Source: Phycisphaerales bacterium (GTDB lineage Bacteria; Planctomycetota; Phycisphaerae; Phycisphaerales; UBA1924). Taken from it: a stretch of DNA of 64,000 nucleotides. The translations under genes and the position numbers were made by a program. The notes below the pieces were generated by a model, which ran no database searches, was not told where the DNA came from, and saw only the letters and a program-made list of their open reading frames with translations. The stretch spans positions 352,001 to 416,000 of the forward strand of contig OZ245777.1 of assembly GCA_965227775.1 (NCBI GenBank), in the 5' to 3' direction. Each line of letters begins with the position of its first letter. Position 1 is the first letter of the stretch. Shown piece after piece: positions 1 to 10,436 of this stretch.

Positions 1-4
1 GGGT

Positions 5-745
5 GTGAGCGTGATTGGCGATGCGCTGTACATCTATGGCGGTGCGGAGACAGGCGTGATCGCCGAGTTTAGTCTCGAAGCCGCACGACGCGGAAGACTC
101 GTGCCCACGGGGCGCCGGCTTGCCCTCACTGCGAGTGGTGCGGATGCGCTGCCCCACCCGACTGGGCTGACGTCGCTCGATGGTGAGACGGCGATCATGG
201 GTGATACCGTCCGTGGCGTCGGCACGATTCACTTCATCGATTGGCAGAAGGCGTGGGCACAGGGCACGCTCGACGGAGCCATCTTGCACACTGTTCGCGA
301 CGATGAGGCAGTCAATGGCACGCGCCCACACTTCGTGCGGCATGGCGGACGCTGGCTGATCGCCACGTCCGACTACGGCAACGCTGGCAACGCCGTCCGT
401 CTGTACGACCCTGACAAGCTGCGGCGGGCATCACGAACGGGCGAGAGAGGCGTACTGGTCGCCAGTCTCCCCTGCGGGCCATACGTTCAAAACGTGCATT
501 GGGTCGAAGACCTTGGAACGCTCGTGCTGATCCAGAATCGAGAGCCGGGCTTGCTGTATCGCTTCGGTCTGGCTTCACTAGCCGGCATCGAACAGGGCGC
601 AGACCTGCGCGATGTTCCTGCCATCGATTTGGATTCCCCCACGGACGAACTCGAGGGATTTGCAACCCTCGGCGGAGGCATGTGCATCATGGTCAGCGCG
701 ATGCGCGAGCACAACGTGTGGATCGGGCCGATTGGAATACGCTAG
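5..745 (+). CDS. Hypothetical protein, probably beta-propeller-like; 5' end likely lies before the window
   Basis: 246-aa ORF with host-like codon usage and short beta-strand-like segments (HPTGLT, YVQNVHW, ELEGF). Confidence 0.6.
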   Translation: MSVIGDALYIYGGAETGVIAEFSLEAARRGRLVPTGRRLALTASGADALPHPTGLTSLDGETAIMGDTVRGVGTIHFIDWQKAWAQGTLDGAILHTVRDDEAVNGTRPHFVRHGGRWLIATSDYGNAGNAVRLYDPDKLRRASRTGERGVLVASLPCGPYVQNVHWVEDLGTLVLIQNREPGLLYRFGLASLAGIEQGADLRDVPAIDLDSPTDELEGFATLGGGMCIMVSAMREHNVWIGPIGIR

Positions 746-748
746 AGC

Positions 749-1867
749 CTACAACAGCCCCTTCGCCCGCGGATAGCTCCCTAGCACCGTCAGCCGCCGG
801 CACTTGGTCTTGGCATCCTCGATGGCGCCCACCACCGCCTCGTCCTGCATGTGGCCGGCGGCGTCGATGAAGAACATGTAGGTCCAGTTCTCGCGGCCGC
901 TGGGGCGCTTCTCGATGTGGGTGAGGTTCACGCCGTGGGCGCTGAAGACCGCCAGCACGTCGGCCAGGGCGCCCGGCTCGTCGCTGGTCTCGAAGAGCAT
1001 GCTGGTCTTGTCCTGCCCCGTACGACCCGTCTTCTCTCGGCTCAGGATCACGAAGCGTGTGATGTTGTTGGGCTGGTCCTGGATGGACTCAACCAGCACG
1101 TTGAGGCCGTAGAGCTCGGCAGCGAGTGGTGTGCCGATCGCCGCGCTGCCGGGGCGGGCGCCGATGGCCCGAGCCTGCTCGGTTTCCTCGGCCGCCTTGA
1201 TCGCCGCCCGGCTGGATGACGCCGCTGGAAGCAGCTCGGCCTTCGGGTATCGCGCGCTCAGCCAGTTGTGGCATTGGGCGAATACCTCGGGCTTGCTGTA
1301 GATGCGCGTGATGTCTTCGGCGGGGCAGCCGGCCATGAACGCGTGGCGGATGGCGACCTGCGCCTCGGCGTAGATCGACACCTCGCCGGCGTGTTCGATG
1401 AAGGCATCGAGCGTCTCGACAATGCCGCCCGCCGTGCTGTTCTCGATCGGCGCGAGGCCGTAGTCGACATGGCCCTTGATGACCTCGTCGAACACCGCGC
1501 CGATGCTGGTGACGCTGGCGAATTCGACGCTCGCACCGAAATGGGCACGGGCGGCCAGGTGCGAGTAGCTGCCCGCTGGTCCGAGGTAGCCGATGCGCAA
1601 GGGGCGCTCCAGTGCGAACGAGCCGGACATCATCTGCCGGTAGATCGCCTCGATGGTGACGTCGCTGAGCGGCCCCTGGTTGCGAGCCTTTGCCTTATCG
1701 AGGACCATGCGCTCGCGGTCGGGGGCGTAGATGGGCGTGCCGTCGTTCTGCTTGCGCTTGCCGACCTCGACGACCAGGTTGGCCCGCTCGTTGAGCAACG
1801 CCACGAGCCGCTCGTCGGCATCGTCGATGAGGCGCCGGAGCTCTTCGAGGGGGCGGGGGTGGTCCAT
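749..1867 (-). CDS. pheA: Chorismate mutase/prephenate dehydratase (P-protein)
   Basis: CM domain (LRRLIDDADERLVALLNERA), PDT motifs YLGPAGSYS, PIENST and NITRF, ACT domain (NLTHIEKRPS); start placed at MDHPRP. Confidence 0.95.
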   Translation of the reverse strand: MDHPRPLEELRRLIDDADERLVALLNERANLVVEVGKRKQNDGTPIYAPDRERMVLDKAKARNQGPLSDVTIEAIYRQMMSGSFALERPLRIGYLGPAGSYSHLAARAHFGASVEFASVTSIGAVFDEVIKGHVDYGLAPIENSTAGGIVETLDAFIEHAGEVSIYAEAQVAIRHAFMAGCPAEDITRIYSKPEVFAQCHNWLSARYPKAELLPAASSSRAAIKAAEETEQARAIGARPGSAAIGTPLAAELYGLNVLVESIQDQPNNITRFVILSREKTGRTGQDKTSMLFETSDEPGALADVLAVFSAHGVNLTHIEKRPSGRENWTYMFFIDAAGHMQDEAVVGAIEDAKTKCRRLTVLGSYPRAKGLL

Positions 1868-2034
1868 AGGTGGATTATCGGGTGGCAAAGGCCCCAGCGT
1901 GAGGGCGATCGGCGATATCTGGCGTGACGCCACGCCAACGTGGCCGTTTTCGTCCGACTCTTGGCGAAGATTTCGTAGTCGCTGTCCGTGAGGCCGTCGC
2001 GATCGAGGTCAAAGTCAAGATGACTATCCCGACT

Positions 2035-2751
2035 TTAGTCGTCCACTGGCTCACGAATGGAATCTAACAGCGTCAAAAGTTCGGACTCGCTCTCACCCCA
2101 ACGCTTCATTTTCTTCCGGATGTCCTTTGACAAGCCCTGCCAGTACAGCTCGTGTTCGTTGGTGGCATCTCGGATGAGCTCAATTAGCAATGGAATGTGT
2201 TCTTGCTTGAAATGAAATGTGATCGCATTTGCGAGAACGAATCGGTATGACAGCCAGCGATGCCACATGATCGACTCGAGTTCTTCGCGGGTGTAGAACT
2301 CCGTTGCCCGAGTCGCCATGACGAGTTCCACGTCATCGCGTTGCTCGTCGGATGCGACCCGCAGATCCGTCGTACGCTTGTACTCCTCGACCAATCGATC
2401 AAACGCCCCAAATGCGAGTTTGTCCGTGAGCGCGCGAACGATGCCCTCACGAATACTGGAAGGATACGACTGCTTGAAGTGCTTGAGCAGAATGGGGATG
2501 GCTTCTGGATAGGCGGCGATCGGCACGTCATTGCGCCATGGCTCCTTGCGATTGAAGAGATCCCAGGCGCTCTCGACATTAAATCCAGCCTTGCGTAGAT
2601 CAGCCACGAGCGGGGCTTCGGGGTCGTGGATCGCATTCCCAAGCGCAGCAATTTTGGCTTCCCGAGCCTGTTGACGCGCAACCCATTTAGGGTCAGATTC
2701 GAGTTGATCTGTTAACTCTTGAGCAGTAATTGGCTTGCTTCTCTTCTTCAT
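2035..2751 (-). CDS. Hypothetical alpha-helical (HEAT-like) protein with atypical low GC
   Basis: ORF from MKKRSKP; YPEAIPILLKH...IREGIVRAL helical motif; visibly more AT-rich than its neighbours. Confidence 0.65.
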   Translation of the reverse strand: MKKRSKPITAQELTDQLESDPKWVARQQAREAKIAALGNAIHDPEAPLVADLRKAGFNVESAWDLFNRKEPWRNDVPIAAYPEAIPILLKHFKQSYPSSIREGIVRALTDKLAFGAFDRLVEEYKRTTDLRVASDEQRDDVELVMATRATEFYTREELESIMWHRWLSYRFVLANAITFHFKQEHIPLLIELIRDATNEHELYWQGLSKDIRKKMKRWGESESELLTLLDSIREPVDD

Positions 2752-2874
2752 AGTCGATTTGAGAGAATTCTTTGTCTGAAAGCCCCGGACTATTACCTTC
2801 GCGAACAGCTCGACAACCTCGTATTGTTGCCCCACACAACGAATGACTCGAAGCCATGATCGTGGAGCCAATAG

Positions 2875-2900
2875 AAAACGCCCGACCATGGGTCGGGCGT
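2875..2900 (-). terminator. Rho-independent terminator after rpsI
   Basis: ACGCCCGACC-ATG-GGTCGGGCGT hairpin followed by a T tract on the minus strand. Confidence 0.8.
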
Positions 2901-2924
2901 GAGAAGTTCGAGTGGAGTCGAGAA

Positions 2925-3512
2925 TTAGCGCTTCGAGAACTGGAAGCGACGGCGGGCGCCGGGCTGACCAGGCTTCTTACGCTCGACCTTACGGGCGTCC
3001 CGCGAGAGGAAGCCGGCGTCGCGGAGCGCATCCTCGAGGCTCGGGTCGTAGTCGCGCAGGGCGCGGGCGATACCCAGGCGAACGGCCTGGGCCTGGCCCA
3101 TATAGCCGCCGCCGGTGCAGCGGACGACAACGTCGAAGCGGCCCTTGGTGCCGGTGACGTCCAGCGGCGAGTACACGTCGTTGCGGTCGCGGTCTTCGGT
3201 GAAGTACTCGCTGACAGCCTTGAGCTTCTTGCGGGTGCACTGGATTTGCACGTCGCCCTTGCCTTCGTCTGCGGCGGGCTTCATGCGGACGCGAGCCACG
3301 GCCCGCTTGCGGCGGCCGGTGCCCCACCACCAGCCGTGGCGGTCGGGCGGGAGCGCCTCGCGAACCTTGCGGGTCATCTGCCCGCCCTCGGGCGAGCCTT
3401 CATCGGCGGCGACGGCCTGGGCCAGGGCGCTGCCTCCCAACAAGCTGGAACCAGACTGGCTCGAGCCGGCGGGCGGGGTGGATTCGGTCGGAGGGGTGTT
3501 CGTGTCGGCCAT
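2925..3512 (-). CDS. rpsI: 30S ribosomal protein S9 with N-terminal extension
   Basis: GTGRRKRAVARV, GGGYMGQAQAVRLGIARAL, C-terminal RKVERKKPGQPGARRRFQFSKR. Confidence 0.98.
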   Translation of the reverse strand: MADTNTPPTESTPPAGSSQSGSSLLGGSALAQAVAADEGSPEGGQMTRKVREALPPDRHGWWWGTGRRKRAVARVRMKPAADEGKGDVQIQCTRKKLKAVSEYFTEDRDRNDVYSPLDVTGTKGRFDVVVRCTGGGYMGQAQAVRLGIARALRDYDPSLEDALRDAGFLSRDARKVERKKPGQPGARRRFQFSKR

Positions 3513-3946
3513 TAGAGCTTCATCTCCACCGGTTGCTGGGCCTGGTGCGGGTGCTCGCTGCCCGCGTACACCTTGAGCTTCTTGAGCATGACCCGGCCGA
3601 GCCGGTTCTTGGGCAGCATGCGACGCACGGCGTCCTCGATCAGCATCTCGGGCCGGCGCTCACGCAGCGAGCCAAAGGTCTCGACCTTCAGACCGCCGGG
3701 GTAGCCCGTGTAGCGGGTCCGGACGCTCTGGGCGTCCTTGCGACCCGTGAGCTTGACGTTCTTCGCGTTGGTCACGACGACGTAGTCGCCCGTATCCACG
3801 TGGGGGGTGTACTCGGGGCGATGCTTGCCCATGAGCACCTGGGCGATCTCGGTGGCCATCCGGCCAAGCACCTGGTCCGTGGCGTCTACCACGTGCCAGT
3901 TCTGCTCGACCTCACCGGCCTTGGCCATGTAGGTTTGCCGACGCAT
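3512..3946 (-). CDS. rplM: 50S ribosomal protein L13
   Basis: WHVVDA...[38 protein letters not shown]; directly upstream of rpsI. Confidence 0.98.
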   Translation of the reverse strand: MRRQTYMAKAGEVEQNWHVVDATDQVLGRMATEIAQVLMGKHRPEYTPHVDTGDYVVVTNAKNVKLTGRKDAQSVRTRYTGYPGGLKVETFGSLRERRPEMLIEDAVRRMLPKNRLGRVMLKKLKVYAGSEHPHQAQQPVEMKL

Positions 3947-4242
3947 AACACTCTCCTGCGGCCAGCGACGCCAAAACACGTCGCCGGGGGCACTTCACGT
4001 ACGCCGCCTACCGGGCGGGGCGGGCAGACGGGCTGGTGGGCCCGGCTGCAGGATTGACCATTCGGTCCGTCGAGCGAGAAATGGGCCACCAGCCGCCCCG
4101 CTCGACGCGAGGAGAAGGGTAGACGGCCGCCGAGGCCCGTCAAGCCCCGAACGTAGCGCGAAGCCGGTCGAGAACTGCCCGACAGCCCGTTGAGACCCCT
4201 GCCTGGGTGGCCCAGGCGGCGCGCATGGCCGATGATTGCACG

Positions 4243-5775
4243 ATGGACCAGCCTCCCCAGACCTTCGGCGACGCCCGGCCTCCGATCGACCCGCCGCCGG
4301 CGACGCCTGGCCGCCGGCCCGACCCGGGCTCTCGCGGAGCGGCCAAGCTGGCATGGGTGGTCCTGCTGCTCGTGCTGCCGCTCGTCGTGTTGATGCAACA
4401 GCTGCAGGTCCTCGGCCAGCCAGACGACGACCCCTCGAAGATCCAGCCGCCCCAGGGCGACAACGTCGAGGTCACGGCGCGCATGGGCACGCGGATGGCC
4501 TACGACTTTCCCGCCGCCGCACCAAGCTTTGAAGTTCAGCTCGACGACGCAATCGAAGTCGCCGACACGCCACTACAGCGGTTTCGCGCGGCGATCGCCT
4601 ATCGAGAGCTGACCGACGCCAATCGCACGGTGCGCGAGCTGCGAGATGTGGTGGCGACGCTCGAAGACGACGCGGACGAGTTCTATGACCCCGACAACGA
4701 GGACGCCCAGGCAAGGCGGGCGCAGCTCTTGGCGGACGCACGCGCACTGCTGCCGTACTACGAGCGCATCGCCCTCGACGAGAAAGACCCTCCCTCGCTC
4801 GATGACGAGACGGTCAACGGGCTGATCGAGCGGCACGGGTTCTTCGGCGAGCTCGTGCGCGTGGCTCGCCTTCCACAGAAGCACGAGCTGCGCGACGAGA
4901 TGTTCTCCGGGTCGCTCGGGCCATTCCTCATCGTCGGGCTGATGATCGGCCTGATTGGCCTGGCGATCCTGACCGGCCTCGTGCTCGGCATCATCGCGCT
5001 GGTCATGCTGGGCACCGGCAAGGTCCGCCTGGTGATGCCCCGGCCCGGACCGGGCGGCAGCGTATACCTGGAGACGGCCGTGCTGTTCGTGCTGTCGTTC
5101 GCACTCTTGCAGATATTGCAGGTCATCGCGTCGCTCATCGGCGAGTCGGCCGAGATGATCGCGGGCCTCGTCTCGCTGCCCGCCCAATGGCTTCTCTTGC
5201 TCGTACCCCTATGGCCCCTCGCCCGCGGCGTGTCGTGGAGCCAGATCCGTGACGACCTCGGGCTGCGGGCGCCGCAGGGCGTCATGCTCGAGATCGTCAT
5301 GGGCATTGCCGGCTATCTCGCGATGCTGCCGATCGTCATCGCGGGCGTCGCGGTCATGTTCGTGTTGCTCTTCGTGCAAGAGACCTTCTTCCCCGCCGAC
5401 CCCGATGCCTCCGGGCCCACCAATCCGATCCTCGAGCTCGCGCGATCGCTCGATCCGGTGCTGCTCATCATGATCTTCACGCTGGCGACCATCTGGGCCC
5501 CGCTGTGCGAAGAGTTGGTCTTCCGCGGCGCGCTATTCCGCCACTTCCGCTCGCGCATGGTATTGCCGATCGCCGCTGTCCTCAGCGCGCTCGTGTTCGG
5601 AATGATGCACGGCTACGCGATCATCCAGCTCATCCCGGTCACGGTGCTGGGCTTCAACTTCGCGCTCATCCGGGCGTGGCGCGGCTCGCTCGTTGGGCCG
5701 ATCGCAGCCCACGCGCTCAACAACGCCGTCGTGCTCACGCTGCTGTTTGCTTTCGCCCACGTGCTCTACGGCTGA
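4243..5775 (+). CDS. CPBP (CAAX/Abi) family intramembrane metalloprotease
   Basis: Many TM segments; motifs EELVFRG, FGMMH and AHALNN. Confidence 0.9.
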   Translation: MDQPPQTFGDARPPIDPPPATPGRRPDPGSRGAAKLAWVVLLLVLPLVVLMQQLQVLGQPDDDPSKIQPPQGDNVEVTARMGTRMAYDFPAAAPSFEVQLDDAIEVADTPLQRFRAAIAYRELTDANRTVRELRDVVATLEDDADEFYDPDNEDAQARRAQLLADARALLPYYERIALDEKDPPSLDDETVNGLIERHGFFGELVRVARLPQKHELRDEMFSGSLGPFLIVGLMIGLIGLAILTGLVLGIIALVMLGTGKVRLVMPRPGPGGSVYLETAVLFVLSFALLQILQVIASLIGESAEMIAGLVSLPAQWLLLLVPLWPLARGVSWSQIRDDLGLRAPQGVMLEIVMGIAGYLAMLPIVIAGVAVMFVLLFVQETFFPADPDASGPTNPILELARSLDPVLLIMIFTLATIWAPLCEELVFRGALFRHFRSRMVLPIAAVLSALVFGMMHGYAIIQLIPVTVLGFNFALIRAWRGSLVGPIAAHALNNAVVLTLLFAFAHVLYG

Positions 5776-5778
5776 CGC

Positions 5779-6702
5779 CTACACGAGCACGTCGATCAGG
5801 CCCGCGAGCCCGAGCAGCACGCTGATGATGCCGTTGAGCGTGAAGAACGCCATCGGGATGCCCGCCGCCCCTCGCCGCGAGAGCACGACGTGCTCGTATG
5901 CAAGCAAGACGACCGCGGCCGCGACGCCCACCCCGAAGATCACGCCGAACGTCGGCTCGACGAGCAGCACGCCCACGAGGCACGCGACCGCGCCAACGTG
6001 CATCACGCGGCTGAGCGTGTTGGCCCTACGCCAACCGAAGCGAGCGGGGATGCTGCTGAGCCCGGCCTCGCGATCGAAATCCAGGTCTTGCAGCGCGTAG
6101 ATCGCGTCGAAGCCGGCAACCCACAGCAGCACCATGCCCGCGAGAAGCCAGAGGGCGGCGCTCTCAACCGCTCCAATGCCGCCAACGGCGATAGCCGCCG
6201 CGAGCGGGCTGGCCGCCAACGCGCCGCCAAGGAACACGTGGCACCACCAGGTAAACCGCTTCGTGAACGAGTAGAACGCGATCCACGCAAGCACGGGGAT
6301 GCCCAGGATGGCGGGCCACCAGTTGCCAAAGAACACGCCGAAGAGCGCGCACGCCGCCAGAAAGAGCATTGCGCAGGCGGCAAGCGTGAGCACGCCGGCG
6401 CTGGGCGAGAGCGCTCCAGACGCAAAGACGCGTCCCTTGGTCCTCGGATTGGCCGCGTCGATGTCTCGATCGGCCAGCCGATTGACCACCATCGCCCACG
6501 TGCGGGCGGCCACCATGCACACCAGCACGAGGGCGAGCAACCCGGCCATGCGGACCCAATCGATGCCGCCGGTCGAGACGCGCGGCGCCACCATGAATGC
6601 CGCGAGGACCGCAAAGGGCAGTGCGAACACGGAGTGGGCCAGCTTGATGTCGCGGGCGATCAGCGTCAACGCGCCGGGCGTCGATTGGGCATGGCTGCTC
6701 AT
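5779..6702 (-). CDS. UbiA-family polyprenyltransferase (4-hydroxybenzoate/MqnP-like)
   Basis: DIKLAHSVFALPFA, NRLADRDIDAANPRT, YSFTKRF, GFDAIYALQDLDFD. Confidence 0.9.
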   Translation of the reverse strand: MSSHAQSTPGALTLIARDIKLAHSVFALPFAVLAAFMVAPRVSTGGIDWVRMAGLLALVLVCMVAARTWAMVVNRLADRDIDAANPRTKGRVFASGALSPSAGVLTLAACAMLFLAACALFGVFFGNWWPAILGIPVLAWIAFYSFTKRFTWWCHVFLGGALAASPLAAAIAVGGIGAVESAALWLLAGMVLLWVAGFDAIYALQDLDFDREAGLSSIPARFGWRRANTLSRVMHVGAVACLVGVLLVEPTFGVIFGVGVAAAVVLLAYEHVVLSRRGAAGIPMAFFTLNGIISVLLGLAGLIDVLV

Positions 6703-6738
6703 CGGATCTCACGATACGCCATGTTCACCAAACAAGAA

Positions 6739-6765
6739 GCCCGGCCGGGGCGAACCCGGCCGGGC
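6739..6765 (-). terminator. Hairpin, probable terminator after the M12 peptidase gene
   Basis: GCCCGGCCGGG-GCGAA-CCCGGCCGGGC inverted repeat followed by TTCTTGTTT on the minus strand. Confidence 0.7.
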
Positions 6766-6794
6766 GTTCGAGCACTCAAGTTGTCACAGACCGA

Positions 6795-8633
6795 TCAGGG
6801 GCAGCCCGAGGAGAACTGGTTCTGGAATTCCAGGAAGTCGAACACGTTGAGCTCCGTGTCGTTGTTGAAGTCGGCAAAGGGGCTTCCGCTGTCGAAGGCC
6901 GTCTGGAAGGCAAGGAAGTCGAACAGGTTGACCGCTCCGTCTTCGTTCATGTCGATACGGCAGAACTCATCGATCGAAATGCTGTCGATGAACCATGCAT
7001 CGGCCGCATCGGCACCGACCGACGTGATCCGCAGACGGAACTCATCACCCGGAGCTTCGAGCGGGAGCTTCCACTCGTTGAGGATGAACTGCTGCTGCGC
7101 CGAGCCGTCCGACTGGATGTCGCCCAGCAGCTCCCACGCTCCGGTAAACCCAGAGAAGTACTCCACTTGGAGGAACTTGCCGGGCTCAACGAAGCGGTGC
7201 TGAGACCAGATGCTCACGTACGAGGGCTTGTCGCTGGGGAAGGGCACGTCGTAGCGGGTCGTGGTCAACGTGCCATCGACCTGGAAGGTGAGCCCATTGG
7301 GCGGCGTGATCGGGTTGACCACCGAAGGCGTCACGACGACGTTGTCGGCCTCGGCCCAGCGATCGGGATCGAGCGAGCGAGAATCGTCGAAATCCTCGAT
7401 GAACGGCAGCGGCTGCGGATCGGGCTCAGTTACGAGGTCATCGATGCAGGGCCGCGAATCGAGGAACGATCGGATGACGTTCCGCGACGAAGCACCAAAG
7501 CGGAAGATGTCGCCAGCACAACCACCGATGCCGGCACACATGATGCGGCAGTCGCTGCCCGAGCAGTGCCGGGCGTTGCAGTTGTGGCCGATCTCGTGGG
7601 CCAGCACGGCCACGCGGGCCGCCGGGCTCAGCGAGACGTACTGATTCACGTTGTAGCCAAGCGTCGTCGTGCACAGGCCGGACAGCCAGGCAACGCCCAG
7701 CGTGCCACCGGCAAAGTTGCGGCCACTGATCAGCGAAGCTGTGTCGCGGCGGACGCCGGTCTGCTGCGAACGCCAGTGGTTGGTCATCTGCTGGAGCAGG
7801 CCGCCACCGTCGGACGTCGTGTACGGGTCGGAGGAAGTCGGCCGCACGATGATCGTCGTGATCTCGATGACCGTATCGACGTCGCGCTCGTAAATGGACG
7901 AGACCGAGTTGACCTGCGCCTCGACCGCCGCGATGACCGCCGGCTCGGACGAGCCGCGCGAGGTGTAGAACTCGAAGTCGGTATCCACGCCCAGCTCGAG
8001 TACGAGCGTGTTGTCAACGCTCGGTGCCAGCGGGTCCTTCTGGAGCAGCCCGCCAACCGGGTTGTCGATCGTGCCGCAGAAGCCACCCTCACCCGAGAGG
8101 TCGTTGGCCTCGGAGTAGACGATGTGCAGGGCCTCGTCGGCACCGGCAACACGGTCCTGAAGGGGCTCGATGACCCAGCTGCTTGCAGCATCGTCACCGA
8201 TCGCGATCAGCGCGGTCAGCGAGCCGTCATAAAAGCCGGCCGAGACCACGCTGCCATCGATGCCGGGCACACGGCCGCGGTAGGTGGTGGGCGCCGGCGG
8301 AACCATGCGCTCCATGGAGCCATCGGGCTGTTGCACCTGCACCTCGAACACCGCCGAGCGGACGCTGTGGGGCCACAACTCGACTTCGACCACCTGCTCA
8401 CCGAGGAGCACCTCGGTGACGATCGATCCGTCGGCGTTGGACGTGAAGTCGAGCCGCTCGATCGAGTACTCAAGCAGGTCATCGAACATCAACGGTGACT
8501 GTTGTCCGGCGGGCGATTCGCCCTGCTGCAAGAGCGATCCCTGCGCGAACGCCCCGCCCGCCGAAACGAGCAGCGCGGTCGAACAGGCCAAGAGCCTCGC
8601 GGCGATCCCGCGAGCTGGCATGCGAGTCATCAT
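6795..8633 (-). CDS. Secreted M12/reprolysin-type zinc metallopeptidase with C-terminal GC-type dockerin-like tail
   Basis: Signal peptide ending AFA-Q; metzincin motif HEIGHNCNARH and Met-turn CRIM; C-terminus DMNEDGAVNLFDFLAFQ...FSSGCP. Confidence 0.88.
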   Translation of the reverse strand: MMTRMPARGIAARLLACSTALLVSAGGAFAQGSLLQQGESPAGQQSPLMFDDLLEYSIERLDFTSNADGSIVTEVLLGEQVVEVELWPHSVRSAVFEVQVQQPDGSMERMVPPAPTTYRGRVPGIDGSVVSAGFYDGSLTALIAIGDDAASSWVIEPLQDRVAGADEALHIVYSEANDLSGEGGFCGTIDNPVGGLLQKDPLAPSVDNTLVLELGVDTDFEFYTSRGSSEPAVIAAVEAQVNSVSSIYERDVDTVIEITTIIVRPTSSDPYTTSDGGGLLQQMTNHWRSQQTGVRRDTASLISGRNFAGGTLGVAWLSGLCTTTLGYNVNQYVSLSPAARVAVLAHEIGHNCNARHCSGSDCRIMCAGIGGCAGDIFRFGASSRNVIRSFLDSRPCIDDLVTEPDPQPLPFIEDFDDSRSLDPDRWAEADNVVVTPSVVNPITPPNGLTFQVDGTLTTTRYDVPFPSDKPSYVSIWSQHRFVEPGKFLQVEYFSGFTGAWELLGDIQSDGSAQQQFILNEWKLPLEAPGDEFRLRITSVGADAADAWFIDSISIDEFCRIDMNEDGAVNLFDFLAFQTAFDSGSPFADFNNDTELNVFDFLEFQNQFSSGCP

Positions 8634-8924
8634 GGAAACAAACCTCCCCGGATGCATCCGGTCCTGGTGCGCATCAGGACCAATTTCAGAGTCTGGGCTC
8701 TTCCGTCGGCGCGTGCAGGCAGGCCCGCGCGAACCCGGTCTATCAGGGACATAGCGGACGCCCCCAGCCACCGTTACGCCCACTTTTCACCGCCTACGCA
8801 GGCACCCTACCACCGTTGGCGGACCCGGCAACTGCCTGCGCCGGCTTCTTGTCGCAATCGCGTCGTTTTACGTTTTATCGGACATTCTTGGGCCCCCGCG
8901 ATCGATCCGCGTATGCTGGGCGCT

Positions 8925-10421
8925 ATGGCCGAAAGCAATCTCGATCGTCTGCGGGGCCTCATGCGGGTGACGAGCCAGCCGGCCATCACCGTCGCCACCG
9001 GCGAAGAGGTTTACGCGCTCAACCTCGTGCGAGACGCCGCCGCCGACCAGGGCATGGTCTGCCATCGCTGGACGCTCACCGGGGGGCTCCAAGACGCCGG
9101 CTTCGAGGACACCGGCGAGTCAAGCGAAACACAGCTGCCCGAGCGGGCGCTCCGCCAGATCGCCAGCAGTCGCAAGCCGGGCGTCTATGTTTTGCTCGAC
9201 CTGGGCCATCACATCGAAGAGGTCAAGGTTGCACGCGCACTCCGCGAGTGCCTGTTCAGGGCCAACGAGCAAGCCCAGCTCATCGTGCTCATCGACCACG
9301 ATCGCATCACCGCGCCCGTCGTGCGGCAGTACGCGGCCGAGTTCGAGGTCATGCCGCCCGACACTGAGGAGATCGAGCGTCTCGTTCGTTCGCAGCTGCG
9401 TGCCCACCACCGCCACACCCCGATCGACATCGAGATCAAGCGGAGCGAGTGGGGCGCAATGGTCCGCAACCTGCGCGGGCTCACTCGCCGGCAGATCCAG
9501 AACATCGTGGCCGAGGTCGTGCGAGACGACCACCGGCTGGACGCCGACGACCTACCCCGCATCGTCGCTCGCAAACGCGAGTACGTGCGCGCAGATGGGT
9601 TGCTCGAGTTCATCGAAGCGCCCGCCACACTCGACGACATCGGCGGGCTGAAGAACCTCAAAGACTGGCTCTCGAGCCGACTACTGACCACCGAAGCCGA
9701 GGCAGAAGAGCATGGGCTCGACACGCCCCGCGGCGTGCTGATGCTGGGCGTGCAAGGGGCGGGCAAGAGCCTGTGCGCCAAGGCCATCAGCGCCGCCTGG
9801 AAGCGCCCGCTGCTCCGGCTCGATCCAACATCGCTCTATGACCGCTACGTGGGCTCGAGCGAGAATCGCCTGCGGACGGCGTTGCACCAAGCCGAACTCA
9901 TGGCCCCGATCATCCTCTGGATCGATGAGATCGAGAAGGGCTTCGCGTCGGTGAGCAACAGCGGGGCCGACGGCGGGCTCAGCCGCCGCATGTTCGGCAG
10001 CCTGCTGACATGGATGCAGGAGCACCGCGAGCCGGTGTTCATCGTCGCGACTGCCAACGACATCGAGAGCCTGCCGCCCGAACTGATGCGCAAGGGACGC
10101 TTCGACGAGATCTTCTTCGTCGACCTGCCCGGTGAAGAGGCTCGCCAGGCGATCCTCGAGATCCACCTCCGCAAGCGTCGGCTCGATCCGGACGAGTTCG
10201 ACATCTCCAAGCTCGTCAAGGTGACCGACGGGTTCAGCGGAGCCGAGATCGAGCAGGGCATCATCGCCGCTCGGCACGAGGCGTTCGCGCAGAAGAAGCA
10301 GGCATCCACCGAGAGCCTCGTCGAGGTGTACAAGCAGAGCCCGCCGCTAAGCGTGACGATGGCCGAAAAGGTCGCGGCCCTCCGCAAGTGGGCGAAGGGC
10401 CGCTGTGTGATGGCAGGCTAA
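8925..10421 (+). CDS. AAA ATPase, Ycf46-like
   Basis: DIGGLKNLK, Walker A GVQGAGKS, Walker B LWIDEIEK, SRH LPPELMRKGRFD. Confidence 0.9.
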   Translation: MAESNLDRLRGLMRVTSQPAITVATGEEVYALNLVRDAAADQGMVCHRWTLTGGLQDAGFEDTGESSETQLPERALRQIASSRKPGVYVLLDLGHHIEEVKVARALRECLFRANEQAQLIVLIDHDRITAPVVRQYAAEFEVMPPDTEEIERLVRSQLRAHHRHTPIDIEIKRSEWGAMVRNLRGLTRRQIQNIVAEVVRDDHRLDADDLPRIVARKREYVRADGLLEFIEAPATLDDIGGLKNLKDWLSSRLLTTEAEAEEHGLDTPRGVLMLGVQGAGKSLCAKAISAAWKRPLLRLDPTSLYDRYVGSSENRLRTALHQAELMAPIILWIDEIEKGFASVSNSGADGGLSRRMFGSLLTWMQEHREPVFIVATANDIESLPPELMRKGRFDEIFFVDLPGEEARQAILEIHLRKRRLDPDEFDISKLVKVTDGFSGAEIEQGIIAARHEAFAQKKQASTESLVEVYKQSPPLSVTMAEKVAALRKWAKGRCVMAG

Positions 10422-10436
10422 GTGTCGGCAAGGGCC

